Shown here piece by piece: positions 32,101-40,820 of a DNA stretch of 64,000 bases. This stretch comes from a virus: positions 32,001 through 96,000 of the IMG/VR virus record IMGVR_UViG_3300030099_006646. One strand, given 5' to 3'. The position numbers and the translations under genes are program-made. The notes beneath the pieces are model-generated. The model had not been told where the DNA came from, did no database searches, and saw only the letters and a program-made list of their open reading frames with translations. How positions within the stretch are numbered: position 1 is the first letter of the stretch; each line of letters starts with the position of its first letter.

Positions 32101-32883
32101 ATGACGAAAGTAGATGGAAACGTCACTATTCGAGGCGATGTAAAGCTTCAGTATAGAAGTGATATTTATTCACCACCACCAGTAACATACTTAAGAATGA
32201 ACGAAGGGACAGGCACAACAGCCGCAGATTCTTCAAACGCAGGTAATGGTTTTGATGGAACGCTAGGAGGCACCGCTTCTTGGTCCACCGAATTCAAGAA
32301 TGGTCCTTACGCTGTTGAGTTTGATGGCGACTCTGATTACATTGATATGGGAAATAATACAGCCCTAGCCCCATCTACTGCTTTCAGTATTTCTTACTGG
32401 GTAAGAGCGAACTCTTTCACAGGATACACCAGAATGGTTTCTAAATACCCAACTGGTGGAAGTTCACCCTCTTACTCTTACGCTATCTTGACAGGAAACG
32501 GCACAGGTCAAGTTAGATTTATTCTTATGCAAGCATCCAACACAGGTTCTGGTACAGTCTTAATGACTAATAGCGCTGAACTATCTGTTGATACTTGGCA
32601 CCATGTTGTATGCACTTATTCAGGTGCTGATAGAAGAATGCGTATTTATGTTGACGGAGCCCTAAAAACTTCCACACTTACAGGAACAGTTCCTACTTCT
32701 ATAAACCAAGGCACAGCAAAGTTGTCTTTGGCGGCAAATCTTGCTGGTTCTGTTGGAGCACGTCAGTATTTTAATGGCTACATGGACGAGTTCTCTATTT
32801 GGGATGTAGAACTAACAGCAGATCAGATTTCTTATGTTTACGGCAACGGCGTCCCACCAGATCTTTCTGTCGGAATTCCATAG
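32101..32883 (+). CDS. LamG/concanavalin-like domain protein, copy 1
   Basis: MNEGTGTTAADSS, FDGDSDYI, WHHVVCTY, YVDG, GYMDEFSIW. Confidence 0.85.
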   Translation: MTKVDGNVTIRGDVKLQYRSDIYSPPPVTYLRMNEGTGTTAADSSNAGNGFDGTLGGTASWSTEFKNGPYAVEFDGDSDYIDMGNNTALAPSTAFSISYWVRANSFTGYTRMVSKYPTGGSSPSYSYAILTGNGTGQVRFILMQASNTGSGTVLMTNSAELSVDTWHHVVCTYSGADRRMRIYVDGALKTSTLTGTVPTSINQGTAKLSLAANLAGSVGARQYFNGYMDEFSIWDVELTADQISYVYGNGVPPDLSVGIP

Positions 32884-32898
32884 GAGAAAATAAAAAAA

Positions 32899-33699
32899 AT
32901 GTCTCAAATAGATGGAAATATTCTAGTTCAAGGAAGCACAAGTACTCAATATCAAAGTGATATCTATACACCGCCACCCGTAGTTTATTTAAGAATGAAC
33001 GAAGGATCAGGTACAACAGCCGCAGATTCTTCAAACGCTGGAAATAATCTTGACGGAACTTTAGGAGGAAATGCCTCTTGGACATCTACTAAGTATAAAA
33101 ACGGACCTTATGCCGTAGAATTTGATGGTAACGCCGATTATATTGACTTGGGAACCAGCACCACGCTCAAACCTAATACTGCTATGAGTATATCAGCGTG
33201 GGTATATTCAGAGGATTTTGGTAGTGATTTTAAATATATAATTGCTGCATGGCCAGGACAAGGTGCTGCTTCTAATTATTCTTTTTTCCTTGGTCACGGC
33301 GGCTCAGGCGAGGGGAATGGAAAAATAGGGTGGGGAGTTATGAAGCATCCTGCTGGAGGTACGGGCGTTTGGCTTCAAACTGATGATGTGGTAATCACTT
33401 TAAATCAGTGGCACCACGTTGCAGTAACATATTCTGGTGCAAATAATAGAATGCGTATCTATATCGACGGCGCTTTAAAAGACGCTACTCACTTGAGAAA
33501 TGCTGTTCCCTCACAGATTAGCCAAGGAAGCCATAACGTAGCAATTGGATACAACTATAACGGTTCCCCTTCTTATCCTTATTCTTGGGATGGTGCTATA
33601 GATGAACTTTCAATGTGGGATGTAGAGCTTACAGCGAACCAAGTTTCTTATTTATATGGAAACGGAGTTCCTCCTAATGTTTCTGTTGGAATTCCATAG
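32899..33699 (+). CDS. LamG/concanavalin-like domain protein, copy 2
   Basis: Same LamG motifs as copy 1 with near-identical N- and C-terminal segments. Confidence 0.85.
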   Translation: MSQIDGNILVQGSTSTQYQSDIYTPPPVVYLRMNEGSGTTAADSSNAGNNLDGTLGGNASWTSTKYKNGPYAVEFDGNADYIDLGTSTTLKPNTAMSISAWVYSEDFGSDFKYIIAAWPGQGAASNYSFFLGHGGSGEGNGKIGWGVMKHPAGGTGVWLQTDDVVITLNQWHHVAVTYSGANNRMRIYIDGALKDATHLRNAVPSQISQGSHNVAIGYNYNGSPSYPYSWDGAIDELSMWDVELTANQVSYLYGNGVPPNVSVGIP

Positions 33700-33744
33700 G
33701 CTTTTAGAAATAAACTAACTATTTATAGAATACGGAGAGTTTCT

Positions 33745-33963
33745 ATGAAAATCACAAAGACAAGACTAAAAGAAATCATTAAAGAAGAAGTTCAGAAAAT
33801 CCTTGAAGCAAAGCACAAAGACGAAGAGGTCTCTGGTGTTAAAGTTGTTGAGGAAGAAGAAGAACTTGACGAAATGTCTGCGATGTCAACTGGAGCAGTC
33901 GCAACCTCGTCTAAAAAAGAACCTCTCGAAGAAGAAGACGGTTTTTACGAGCCCCACATTTGA
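33745..33963 (+). CDS. Small acidic protein with MKITKTRLKEIIKEE N-terminal motif (putative internal head protein)
   Basis: Upstream ACTATTTA motif and GGAG SD; possible read-through to 34050 (see findings). Confidence 0.65.
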   Translation: MKITKTRLKEIIKEEVQKILEAKHKDEEVSGVKVVEEEEELDEMSAMSTGAVATSSKKEPLEEEDGFYEPHI

Positions 33964-34058
33964 CCCGACGAACTTAAATGGCCAGGTGGGTCAGAAGTCG
34001 TAAAAAAACAAAAAGCTCGCAAAAAAGCCAATCAGAAAAAACCTGAATAACTTTATCC

Positions 34059-34086
34059 TTGAATAACTACAAATAGTGTTTATAAT
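34059..34086 (+). promoter_or_regulatory. Sigma70-like promoter for the SbcDC fusion
   Basis: TTGAAT (34059-34064), 16-nt spacer, TATAAT (34081-34086); ATG at 34093. Confidence 0.55.
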
Positions 34087-34092
34087 AAACGA

Positions 34093-37000
34093 ATGAAGAT
34101 TGCACACATTTCTGACATTCACATTCGCAACTATCGCTATCACTATGAATACGAACAGGTCTTTGAGCAACTCTACGCAAAGCTAGAGGAACTAAAGCCT
34201 GATCTTATCGTAAACACAGGCGATACTGCTCATACTAAACTTAACCTTAGCCCGTCTTATTTTGATATGGCGGTTAGAATGTTTGAGAGGCTAGCTGACA
34301 TTGCCCCTTATCATATTATCTTGGGGAACCACGATCTAAACCTTCGTAATCTCTCCAAGATAGATGCCGTTTCCCCCCTTGTTGCGGCATTGGACCACCC
34401 TAACATTCACTTTCACAAATATTCTGCGGAAGTGGACATAGGCAATAACTTTTGTTTTCATGTCCTATCCATTGTAGACGAAGAAAATTGGACACTCCCA
34501 ACAGACATGGATAAAGTACATATCGCTCTTTTTCACGGCTCTGTTGCTGGTGTTCAAACTTCTACTGGCTGGACAATGACTCACGGTGACATTAACTTAG
34601 ATCGCCTTACAGAATACGATTATGCTCTTCTTGGCGATATTCACAAGCCTAATCAACCCTTAGATAAAGAAGGGCGTATTCGCTATGCTGGTTCTCTTGT
34701 GCAACAAAACTTTGGAGAATCAGAAGAAAAAGGATTTCTTCTTTGGGACATTAAAGATGCTGATACTTTTAAAGTAAAACACTACGCATTAGAAAACCCA
34801 AAGCCCTTTGTCACTATCAACCTTACAAAGAAAGGCAAGATACCAGCAAAAGCAAAGATCCCAGAAGGGTGCCGGTTACGTCTTGTAACAGAAGTTAATC
34901 TTCCTATGGACATAATCAAGCGAACGATTGAACTTGCGAAGACAAAGTATAAACCAGAGACAATCAATTTTCATTCTAAAGTTGTCGGCAACAGAAAAGG
35001 AGGAGACGACGCATCTAATACAGTCTTTAAAGACGATTTGCGAAGTGTAGAAGTTCAAGAAGGTCTTATACAAGATTATTTAAAAGACTATGAACTTGAA
35101 GAAGAAACACTGCAACAAATCTTCGCTTTAAACCAGAAGTATAATAAACTCGTTACAGAAGAAGAAGAGGTAAGTCGCAACGTTCACTGGTCTGTGAAGA
35201 GTCTTGAGTGGGACAATCTTTTTAACTATGGAGAAGCAAATACTATTGATTTCAATAATCTAGAAGGAACAGTAGGTATTTTTGGCAAGAATTTTTCTGG
35301 TAAATCTTCTATTGTTGATTCATTCCTTTATACTTTGTTCAACACAACCTCCAAGAATGAAAGGAAAAACCTCAACATTATTAACCAGAATAAAGAAAAC
35401 GGAAGAGGAAGCGTCAGTATTGATATTGGAACTGACACTTATCATGTTGAAAGAACAAGCGAGAAATACGAAAAGAAACTTAAAGGCAACATTACAACAG
35501 AAGCCAAGACAAATATTGAGTTCTACAAGGTAGATAACATTACAGGCGAAGAAACACCTCTTAATGGTGATACAAGAGCGCAAACAGACAAAAACATTCG
35601 TTCTGTCTTTGGTTCAATAGAAGACTTTCTTTTAACTTCTATGGGTTCTCAGTTAGAGTCTCTTGCTTACATTAACGAAGGCTCGACAAAGCGTAAAGAA
35701 ATTCTTGCTAAGTTTCTTGACTTGGAAGTCTTTGAGAAGAAGTTTAAAAAAGCAAAAGACGACGCTGCTGATTTGAGGGTTGCTCTCAAAAAGATGAAGG
35801 ATAGAGATTTTGTAACAGAACTTAAAGAAAAAAGAAAAGAACTTGCTTTAAGCGAAACAAAGATTGATATCAAAAAAAGAGAAAATGAAGACCTTAAAGA
35901 ACTTACATTAGGATTTAGAGAAAACATATTAGCTTTAGAAACAAAGATTAACTCTATACCAGATGAAATAATCGAAATCCAAGAAGTCTTAGAAGAAATA
36001 AAAGAAAAGAAAGAAGAACTTGACAGCATTTCAAACAAAGAAAAAGATTATATGGATGAAATTGCTGAAAAGCTTGAGTTTGTAAAGAAGTTTGAAAACT
36101 TCCAAAAAGTATTTGATATTGATGATGCTTTAAAAAACAAAGAGTTTGGCGAAGATATGATCTCAGAGCTTGATAGTTTTTCAAGAGATATTGAAGTTTT
36201 GGAAATAAAGTTCAACAATCAGTCCAAAAAAGCATCTCTTTTAAATGAAGTCCCTTGTGGTCCAAAATATTCCTCATGCAAGTTTATTAAAGACGCCTAT
36301 AACGCATCTTCTCAACTAGAGAATACCAAGGTGGCTTTAAATGAACTAAAGCTCTCAAAAGGGCAAAAACAAGCCGAATTAGATAACTTAGAACACGATA
36401 AGAATATTGAAAGAATCAACGGATATATAAAGGCAAAAGAGAAAAAGAACAAATATGAAAAACAAGTTAAAGATATTAGATTAGATATTGAACGGAACAA
36501 GATAAAATCCCTACAGATCAATAATGATCTTAATAACTTAATAGAAAAAAGAGAAGAATACGAAGAGAACAAGGATGCTATTGAAAACCTTCAATTTCTT
36601 GTAAAGGAAAAGAAGAAGCTGAAACATATCGTCTCAACAAATGAGATTGCAGTAGAAAAAGCATCAGAAGATCTTCTTGATCTTTACAAAGCAAATGGCT
36701 CTCTAGAACAACAATACAAACAAATTGAACTTGAGCAGAAAGAACATGATACTTTAAACAAGAGCTTTTCAACTTACGACTTGTATATGAAGTGTGTCCA
36801 TTCAAACGGCATTGCATATGACTTAATCAAGCAAAGCCTACCTATTCTTAACCAAGAAATACAAAAGATTTTATCTAATGTGGTTGAGTTTGAGGTTATG
36901 TTTGAGAATGACGACAACAAACTTGACATTTTGATCAAACACCCTAAGTATGAGGCACGACCCATTGAGATGGGCTCAGGCGCAGAGAAGACAATCGCAG

Positions 37001-37245
37001 CAATGGCTATTCGTTTAGCTCTTTTAAATGTTTCTACCTTGCCAAAAGGAGATGTATTTATCCTTGACGAACCAGGAACAGCCCTTGATGAAGAAAATAT
37101 GGAAGGATTTATTCGCATTTTGGATATAATTAAAAGCGAGTTTAAAACAATCTTTCTTATTTCACACTTAGAAGTCTTAAAAGATATTGTAGATAAGCAA
37201 ATAATCATTAACAAAGAAGATGGTTATGCTAAAGTAAACGAATAA
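34093..37245 (+). CDS. Fused Mre11/SbcD nuclease - Rad50/SbcC ATPase (T4 gp47-gp46-like)
   Basis: HISDIH, GD, GNHD, GDIH phosphoesterase motifs; Walker A GKNFSGKSS; coiled coil; GSGAE signature; FILDEP Walker B; ISH H-loop. Confidence 0.9.
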   Translation: MKIAHISDIHIRNYRYHYEYEQVFEQLYAKLEELKPDLIVNTGDTAHTKLNLSPSYFDMAVRMFERLADIAPYHIILGNHDLNLRNLSKIDAVSPLVAALDHPNIHFHKYSAEVDIGNNFCFHVLSIVDEENWTLPTDMDKVHIALFHGSVAGVQTSTGWTMTHGDINLDRLTEYDYALLGDIHKPNQPLDKEGRIRYAGSLVQQNFGESEEKGFLLWDIKDADTFKVKHYALENPKPFVTINLTKKGKIPAKAKIPEGCRLRLVTEVNLPMDIIKRTIELAKTKYKPETINFHSKVVGNRKGGDDASNTVFKDDLRSVEVQEGLIQDYLKDYELEEETLQQIFALNQKYNKLVTEEEEVSRNVHWSVKSLEWDNLFNYGEANTIDFNNLEGTVGIFGKNFSGKSSIVDSFLYTLFNTTSKNERKNLNIINQNKENGRGSVSIDIGTDTYHVERTSEKYEKKLKGNITTEAKTNIEFYKVDNITGEETPLNGDTRAQTDKNIRSVFGSIEDFLLTSMGSQLESLAYINEGSTKRKEILAKFLDLEVFEKKFKKAKDDAADLRVALKKMKDRDFVTELKEKRKELALSETKIDIKKRENEDLKELTLGFRENILALETKINSIPDEIIEIQEVLEEIKEKKEELDSISNKEKDYMDEIAEKLEFVKKFENFQKVFDIDDALKNKEFGEDMISELDSFSRDIEVLEIKFNNQSKKASLLNEVPCGPKYSSCKFIKDAYNASSQLENTKVALNELKLSKGQKQAELDNLEHDKNIERINGYIKAKEKKNKYEKQVKDIRLDIERNKIKSLQINNDLNNLIEKREEYEENKDAIENLQFLVKEKKKLKHIVSTNEIAVEKASEDLLDLYKANGSLEQQYKQIELEQKEHDTLNKSFSTYDLYMKCVHSNGIAYDLIKQSLPILNQEIQKILSNVVEFEVMFENDDNKLDILIKHPKYEARPIEMGSGAEKTIAAMAIRLALLNVSTLPKGDVFILDEPGTALDEENMEGFIRILDIIKSEFKTIFLISHLEVLKDIVDKQIIINKEDGYAKVNE

Positions 37246-37256
37246 AGGAGAAAAAA

Positions 37257-37451
37257 ATGGAAAAAATCAAAGCAGCTTTAGATAAAGCAGTAGAAAAAGT
37301 AATCAGCCGCAAGTTTCTTGCTTGGCTTACAGCGACAGGACTAGCAGGTTATGGCTTGTTAGAATCAAGTGACTGGGTTGCAGTCACAGTTATGTATATT
37401 GGTTCTCAAGCTCTTGTTGATTTAGCCACACAGTGGAAGCATGGGAAATAA
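37257..37451 (+). CDS. Putative holin
   Basis: 64 aa with two hydrophobic segments, SRKFL motif, strong SD. Confidence 0.55.
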   Translation: MEKIKAALDKAVEKVISRKFLAWLTATGLAGYGLLESSDWVAVTVMYIGSQALVDLATQWKHGK

Positions 37452-37842
37452 AACCATGTTAGCTTTAAAAAAAGCTTGGACATGGATAAAAAAGCACTGG
37501 TATGTTCCGGTGCTTTTTGTTTTAGTTATTGTTGGTAGCTTGTTTAGCTTCTCTAGGAACAAGAAATTGATTAAACTACTTGAGATTAATAAAGAAAGCT
37601 ATGAAAAACAAATCAAAGCCATAGAAGAAAGCCACGCAACCGAGCTTAAGAAAAGAGACGAGCTTTACGCTAAATATGTTGAAACAATGAAGAAGCTCAA
37701 CAAAGAGCATGAGATAGATTTAGATAATCTTTCCAAAGAAAAGAAAGAAAAAATGGACAATATGGTTAAGAAATACGAAGGAACACCAGAAGAACTTGCA
37801 AAAGAACTGGCAGAAATGTTTGGAGTTGATTATGTTGAGTAA
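37441..37842 (+). CDS. Inner-membrane spanin-like protein
   Basis: N-terminal TM (WYVPVLFVLVIVGSLF) followed by a long coiled coil; follows the holin. Confidence 0.5.
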   Translation: MGNKTMLALKKAWTWIKKHWYVPVLFVLVIVGSLFSFSRNKKLIKLLEINKESYEKQIKAIEESHATELKKRDELYAKYVETMKKLNKEHEIDLDNLSKEKKEKMDNMVKKYEGTPEELAKELAEMFGVDYVE

Positions 37843-38311
37843 ACTTCTATCCGTATTTCTATGTTGCTTATTGGCTTTTATGCCGACTGTCGTAATAGCT
37901 GGTGAGTCAGACCCAGATAACTCTATAAGTTCAAATGGAAGGGTGACTGTAATAGGTCAGGGCGAGAAAACTCCCTATGGGGGTCTTCTTTTTGATTTAA
38001 AGGCTTCTGTCAAACTAAAGTTAGATAAAGAATTTGCTTTAAAGAAATACCAACTAGAGCTAGACTTGCAGAAGAAGCTTATTACTTCTGAGTTTAAGTT
38101 AAAGCTTGATTTGCTTCAAGCAAAGCATGATGGATTAAAAGATAAACATACTGCTTTGTTGAAGATTAAAGATGAAGAGATAAATCGCCTACAAGAGTTA
38201 GTTAAAAAAAGCCCCAACGATTATAATCATTGGTGGTTTGTAGGAGGAATTATAGCAGGGTGTCTTCTTTCTATAGGAGTTTATTACGCTGCTATCAAAA
38301 TCGCAGAATGA
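37832..38311 (+). CDS. Signal peptide + coiled coil + C-terminal TM protein (spanin-like partner)
   Basis: Start at ATG 37832 (GGAG SD); MLSKLLSVFLCCLLAFMPTVVIA; C-terminal WWFVGGIIAGCLLSIGVYYAAI. Confidence 0.45.
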   Translation: MLSKLLSVFLCCLLAFMPTVVIAGESDPDNSISSNGRVTVIGQGEKTPYGGLLFDLKASVKLKLDKEFALKKYQLELDLQKKLITSEFKLKLDLLQAKHDGLKDKHTALLKIKDEEINRLQELVKKSPNDYNHWWFVGGIIAGCLLSIGVYYAAIKIAE

Positions 38312-38706
38312 AAGATAAAGACCCACATTATGTTGTCAAGCTAGAGAAGGCGATTGCCGAGAAATACGGCAAAGAAGCAATCCAAAACCCCAAGTCTGGC
38401 TGGACACCCGAGAAAGAAAAAGAATACATTGAGCAAGTAAAGAAAATAAAAGAAAAGAGAAACCAAAAACAAGACGCCTCAGAAAAGGTTGAAACTAATG
38501 GGTTTTTGATTAATAAAAAACTACTTAATAGAGAACAAAAAAGAAACTGTCCTGTTTGCGAAAGTTATTCGCTAGAAATAAAAGATGATGTCTATATGAC
38601 AAAATTTGATTGTTGTTTTAGATGTTACATACAATATGTAGAAGATAGAGAAGAACGTTGGGAAACAGGATGGCGTCCAAACATAGGAGACAAAAACAAT
38701 GGCTAG
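38308..38706 (+). CDS. Hypothetical Cys-rich (Zn-finger-like) protein
   Basis: Start at the ATGA overlap at 38308; CPVC...CCFRC. Confidence 0.6.
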   Translation: MKDKDPHYVVKLEKAIAEKYGKEAIQNPKSGWTPEKEKEYIEQVKKIKEKRNQKQDASEKVETNGFLINKKLLNREQKRNCPVCESYSLEIKDDVYMTKFDCCFRCYIQYVEDREERWETGWRPNIGDKNNG

Positions 38707-39223
38707 TAAAGAAGATTTAGAGGTAATCAGAGCAATCGGTCAGGCAGCAGCTAATGCTTATGACGGAGCTTTAAATGAAGAAGGCGAACCTATCGATATT
38801 GGTTTGGACAGAGAAAAAGGAAACCCTACTCTTAATAGTCGAATTGTAGATGGCTTTAAAATCAAGATGCTTGGAAAAAATCTTTGTGTTTCTTATCAGT
38901 CTGATGTGTTTTTAAAAGATGTACATGACAATGGCTTTGAAAATGATTTAGAAAGAAAAATGAATGATATATCCTCTTTTTTGAAAGAAGAGTTCAAAAA
39001 GATTACTAAAAAAGCTCTTAATCTTAAATCTCTTGGCGATGTAGACGCAAAAGTTCAACAAACTTCCCGTGTTAGAACTTTCGTTGTAGCCACTAAGATG
39101 TATGAAGTTGGCAACCTTTCTAGCGTTGATGCCGTGGAGGGAGAGACGAATATGAAAGGACTCAACAAGAGATTGGACGAGAACTTTCGCTCTTTCCTCG
39201 CAGAAGGTGCATGGAAGGCATAG
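38699..39223 (+). CDS. Hypothetical protein upstream of terminase
   Basis: 174-aa ORF with AGGAG SD. Confidence 0.6.
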   Translation: MASKEDLEVIRAIGQAAANAYDGALNEEGEPIDIGLDREKGNPTLNSRIVDGFKIKMLGKNLCVSYQSDVFLKDVHDNGFENDLERKMNDISSFLKEEFKKITKKALNLKSLGDVDAKVQQTSRVRTFVVATKMYEVGNLSSVDAVEGETNMKGLNKRLDENFRSFLAEGAWKA

Positions 39224-39242
39224 TAGATAACTTATCTGAATA

Positions 39243-40817
39243 ATGTCTTATAAGCCAACAAAGAAAGAAATATTAGCAGAAATTGTTAAATCAGGGAAGG
39301 ACCCATCTTACTTTATTAACAACTATGCCAAAATCGCGCACCCTATGCGTGGATTGATTCCGTTTAAGTTGTACCCATTCCAGGATCAGCTTCTTTGTGA
39401 TTTTAATGACCACAGGTTTAATGTTATCTTAAAAGCAAGACAGCTCGGTATTTCAACTATTACCGCAGCATATATTGCTTGGATGATGATGTTCCACCGA
39501 GATAAAAATATCCTTGTTATTGCTACAAAGTTTGGGACCGCTGCCAATCTTGTAAAGAAAGTAAAAGCAATCATTAAGTATCTACCTTCTTGGATGAAGA
39601 TTGCCAATATTCATATTGACAATAGAACTTCTTTTGAGCTTTCTAATGGTTCTCAGATTAAAGCGTCTTCTACTTCTTCAGATGCTGGTCGTTCAGAAGC
39701 GCTTTCTCTCCTTGTTATTGACGAGGCAGCGCATGTTGATGGTCTTGACGACCTTTGGACTGGTCTATATTCTACTCTATCGACTGGTGGTCGATGTATT
39801 GCACTTTCAACCCCGAATGGCTGTGGAAACTGGTTTCATCAAACTTATATTGATGCCGCAGCAGAGAACAACGATTTTTTCCCCACAAAGTTAATGTGGG
39901 ACGTCCACCCAGAGCGCAATCAAGAATGGTTTGAAAAAGAAACAAGAAACATGTCTAGACGACAAGTTGCTCAAGAACTTGAATGCAATTTTAATATGTC
40001 TGGTGAGACTGTATTCCACCCTGACGACATGAGTTACATTGAACAAAGTGTAAAGCCTCCAAAATATAAAACTGCCTTTGACAGAAACTTTTGGATCTGG
40101 GAGGAATATCAAGAAGACTCCACTTATCTTATTTCAGCCGATGTCGCAAGAGGCGACGGAAAAGATTATTCTACATTTCATGTTATAAAAATTGAGACAA
40201 ATGAAGTTGTAGGAGAATACCAAGGAAAGTTAACACCAGACATTTTTTCTGGTATACTTTATGATGCTGGTAAGGAATATGGCGACTGCATGATTGTTGT
40301 GGAGAATATGGCTGCTGGACATACGGTATTGGATAAACTTGTGGAAAGAGAATATCCTAACATTTATTACTCTTACAAATCTACTCACGAGTATGTAGAT
40401 CAGGTAACTGCCGAGCATTCTAATAGTGCTATAGCAGGTTTTACAACCTCTAGCAAGACTAGACCTCTAATAATCGCAAAAATGGAAGAATTCATTAGAA
40501 ATAAACTACTTACGATATATTCGACAAGATTACTTGAGGAGATGAAAACATTCATTTGGCACAATGGTCGCCCGCAAGCTATGAGAAAGTATAATGATGA
40601 CTTGGTTATGGCTTGTGCGATAAGTTGCTGGGTGAGAGATACAGCTTTTGAAACAAACAAAAGAGAACTAGAATATAAAAAAGCATTTTTGGATTCTATG
40701 ATGACTACAAAAAAAGAAATCAATACAACAATCCCAGGAATGCAAGGATATAAAGCAATAAAAACACAGAATACGGTTAAACAATACAAAGATTATAATT
40801 GGCTTTTAAAAGGATAG
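39243..40817 (+). CDS. Terminase large subunit (T4 gp17-like)
   Basis: LYPFQ, KARQLGIST Walker A, LLVIDEAAH Walker B, LSTPNG, ADVARGDGKDYS, DDLVMA nuclease motifs. Confidence 0.95.
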   Translation: MSYKPTKKEILAEIVKSGKDPSYFINNYAKIAHPMRGLIPFKLYPFQDQLLCDFNDHRFNVILKARQLGISTITAAYIAWMMMFHRDKNILVIATKFGTAANLVKKVKAIIKYLPSWMKIANIHIDNRTSFELSNGSQIKASSTSSDAGRSEALSLLVIDEAAHVDGLDDLWTGLYSTLSTGGRCIALSTPNGCGNWFHQTYIDAAAENNDFFPTKLMWDVHPERNQEWFEKETRNMSRRQVAQELECNFNMSGETVFHPDDMSYIEQSVKPPKYKTAFDRNFWIWEEYQEDSTYLISADVARGDGKDYSTFHVIKIETNEVVGEYQGKLTPDIFSGILYDAGKEYGDCMIVVENMAAGHTVLDKLVEREYPNIYYSYKSTHEYVDQVTAEHSNSAIAGFTTSSKTRPLIIAKMEEFIRNKLLTIYSTRLLEEMKTFIWHNGRPQAMRKYNDDLVMACAISCWVRDTAFETNKRELEYKKAFLDSMMTTKKEINTTIPGMQGYKAIKTQNTVKQYKDYNWLLKG

Positions 40818-40820
40818 TAA

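Noticed and set aside
32101-33699. LamG pair as DGR template and target
   Set aside because: Both are complete ORFs with SDs; the divergence includes indels and is not restricted to adenines.
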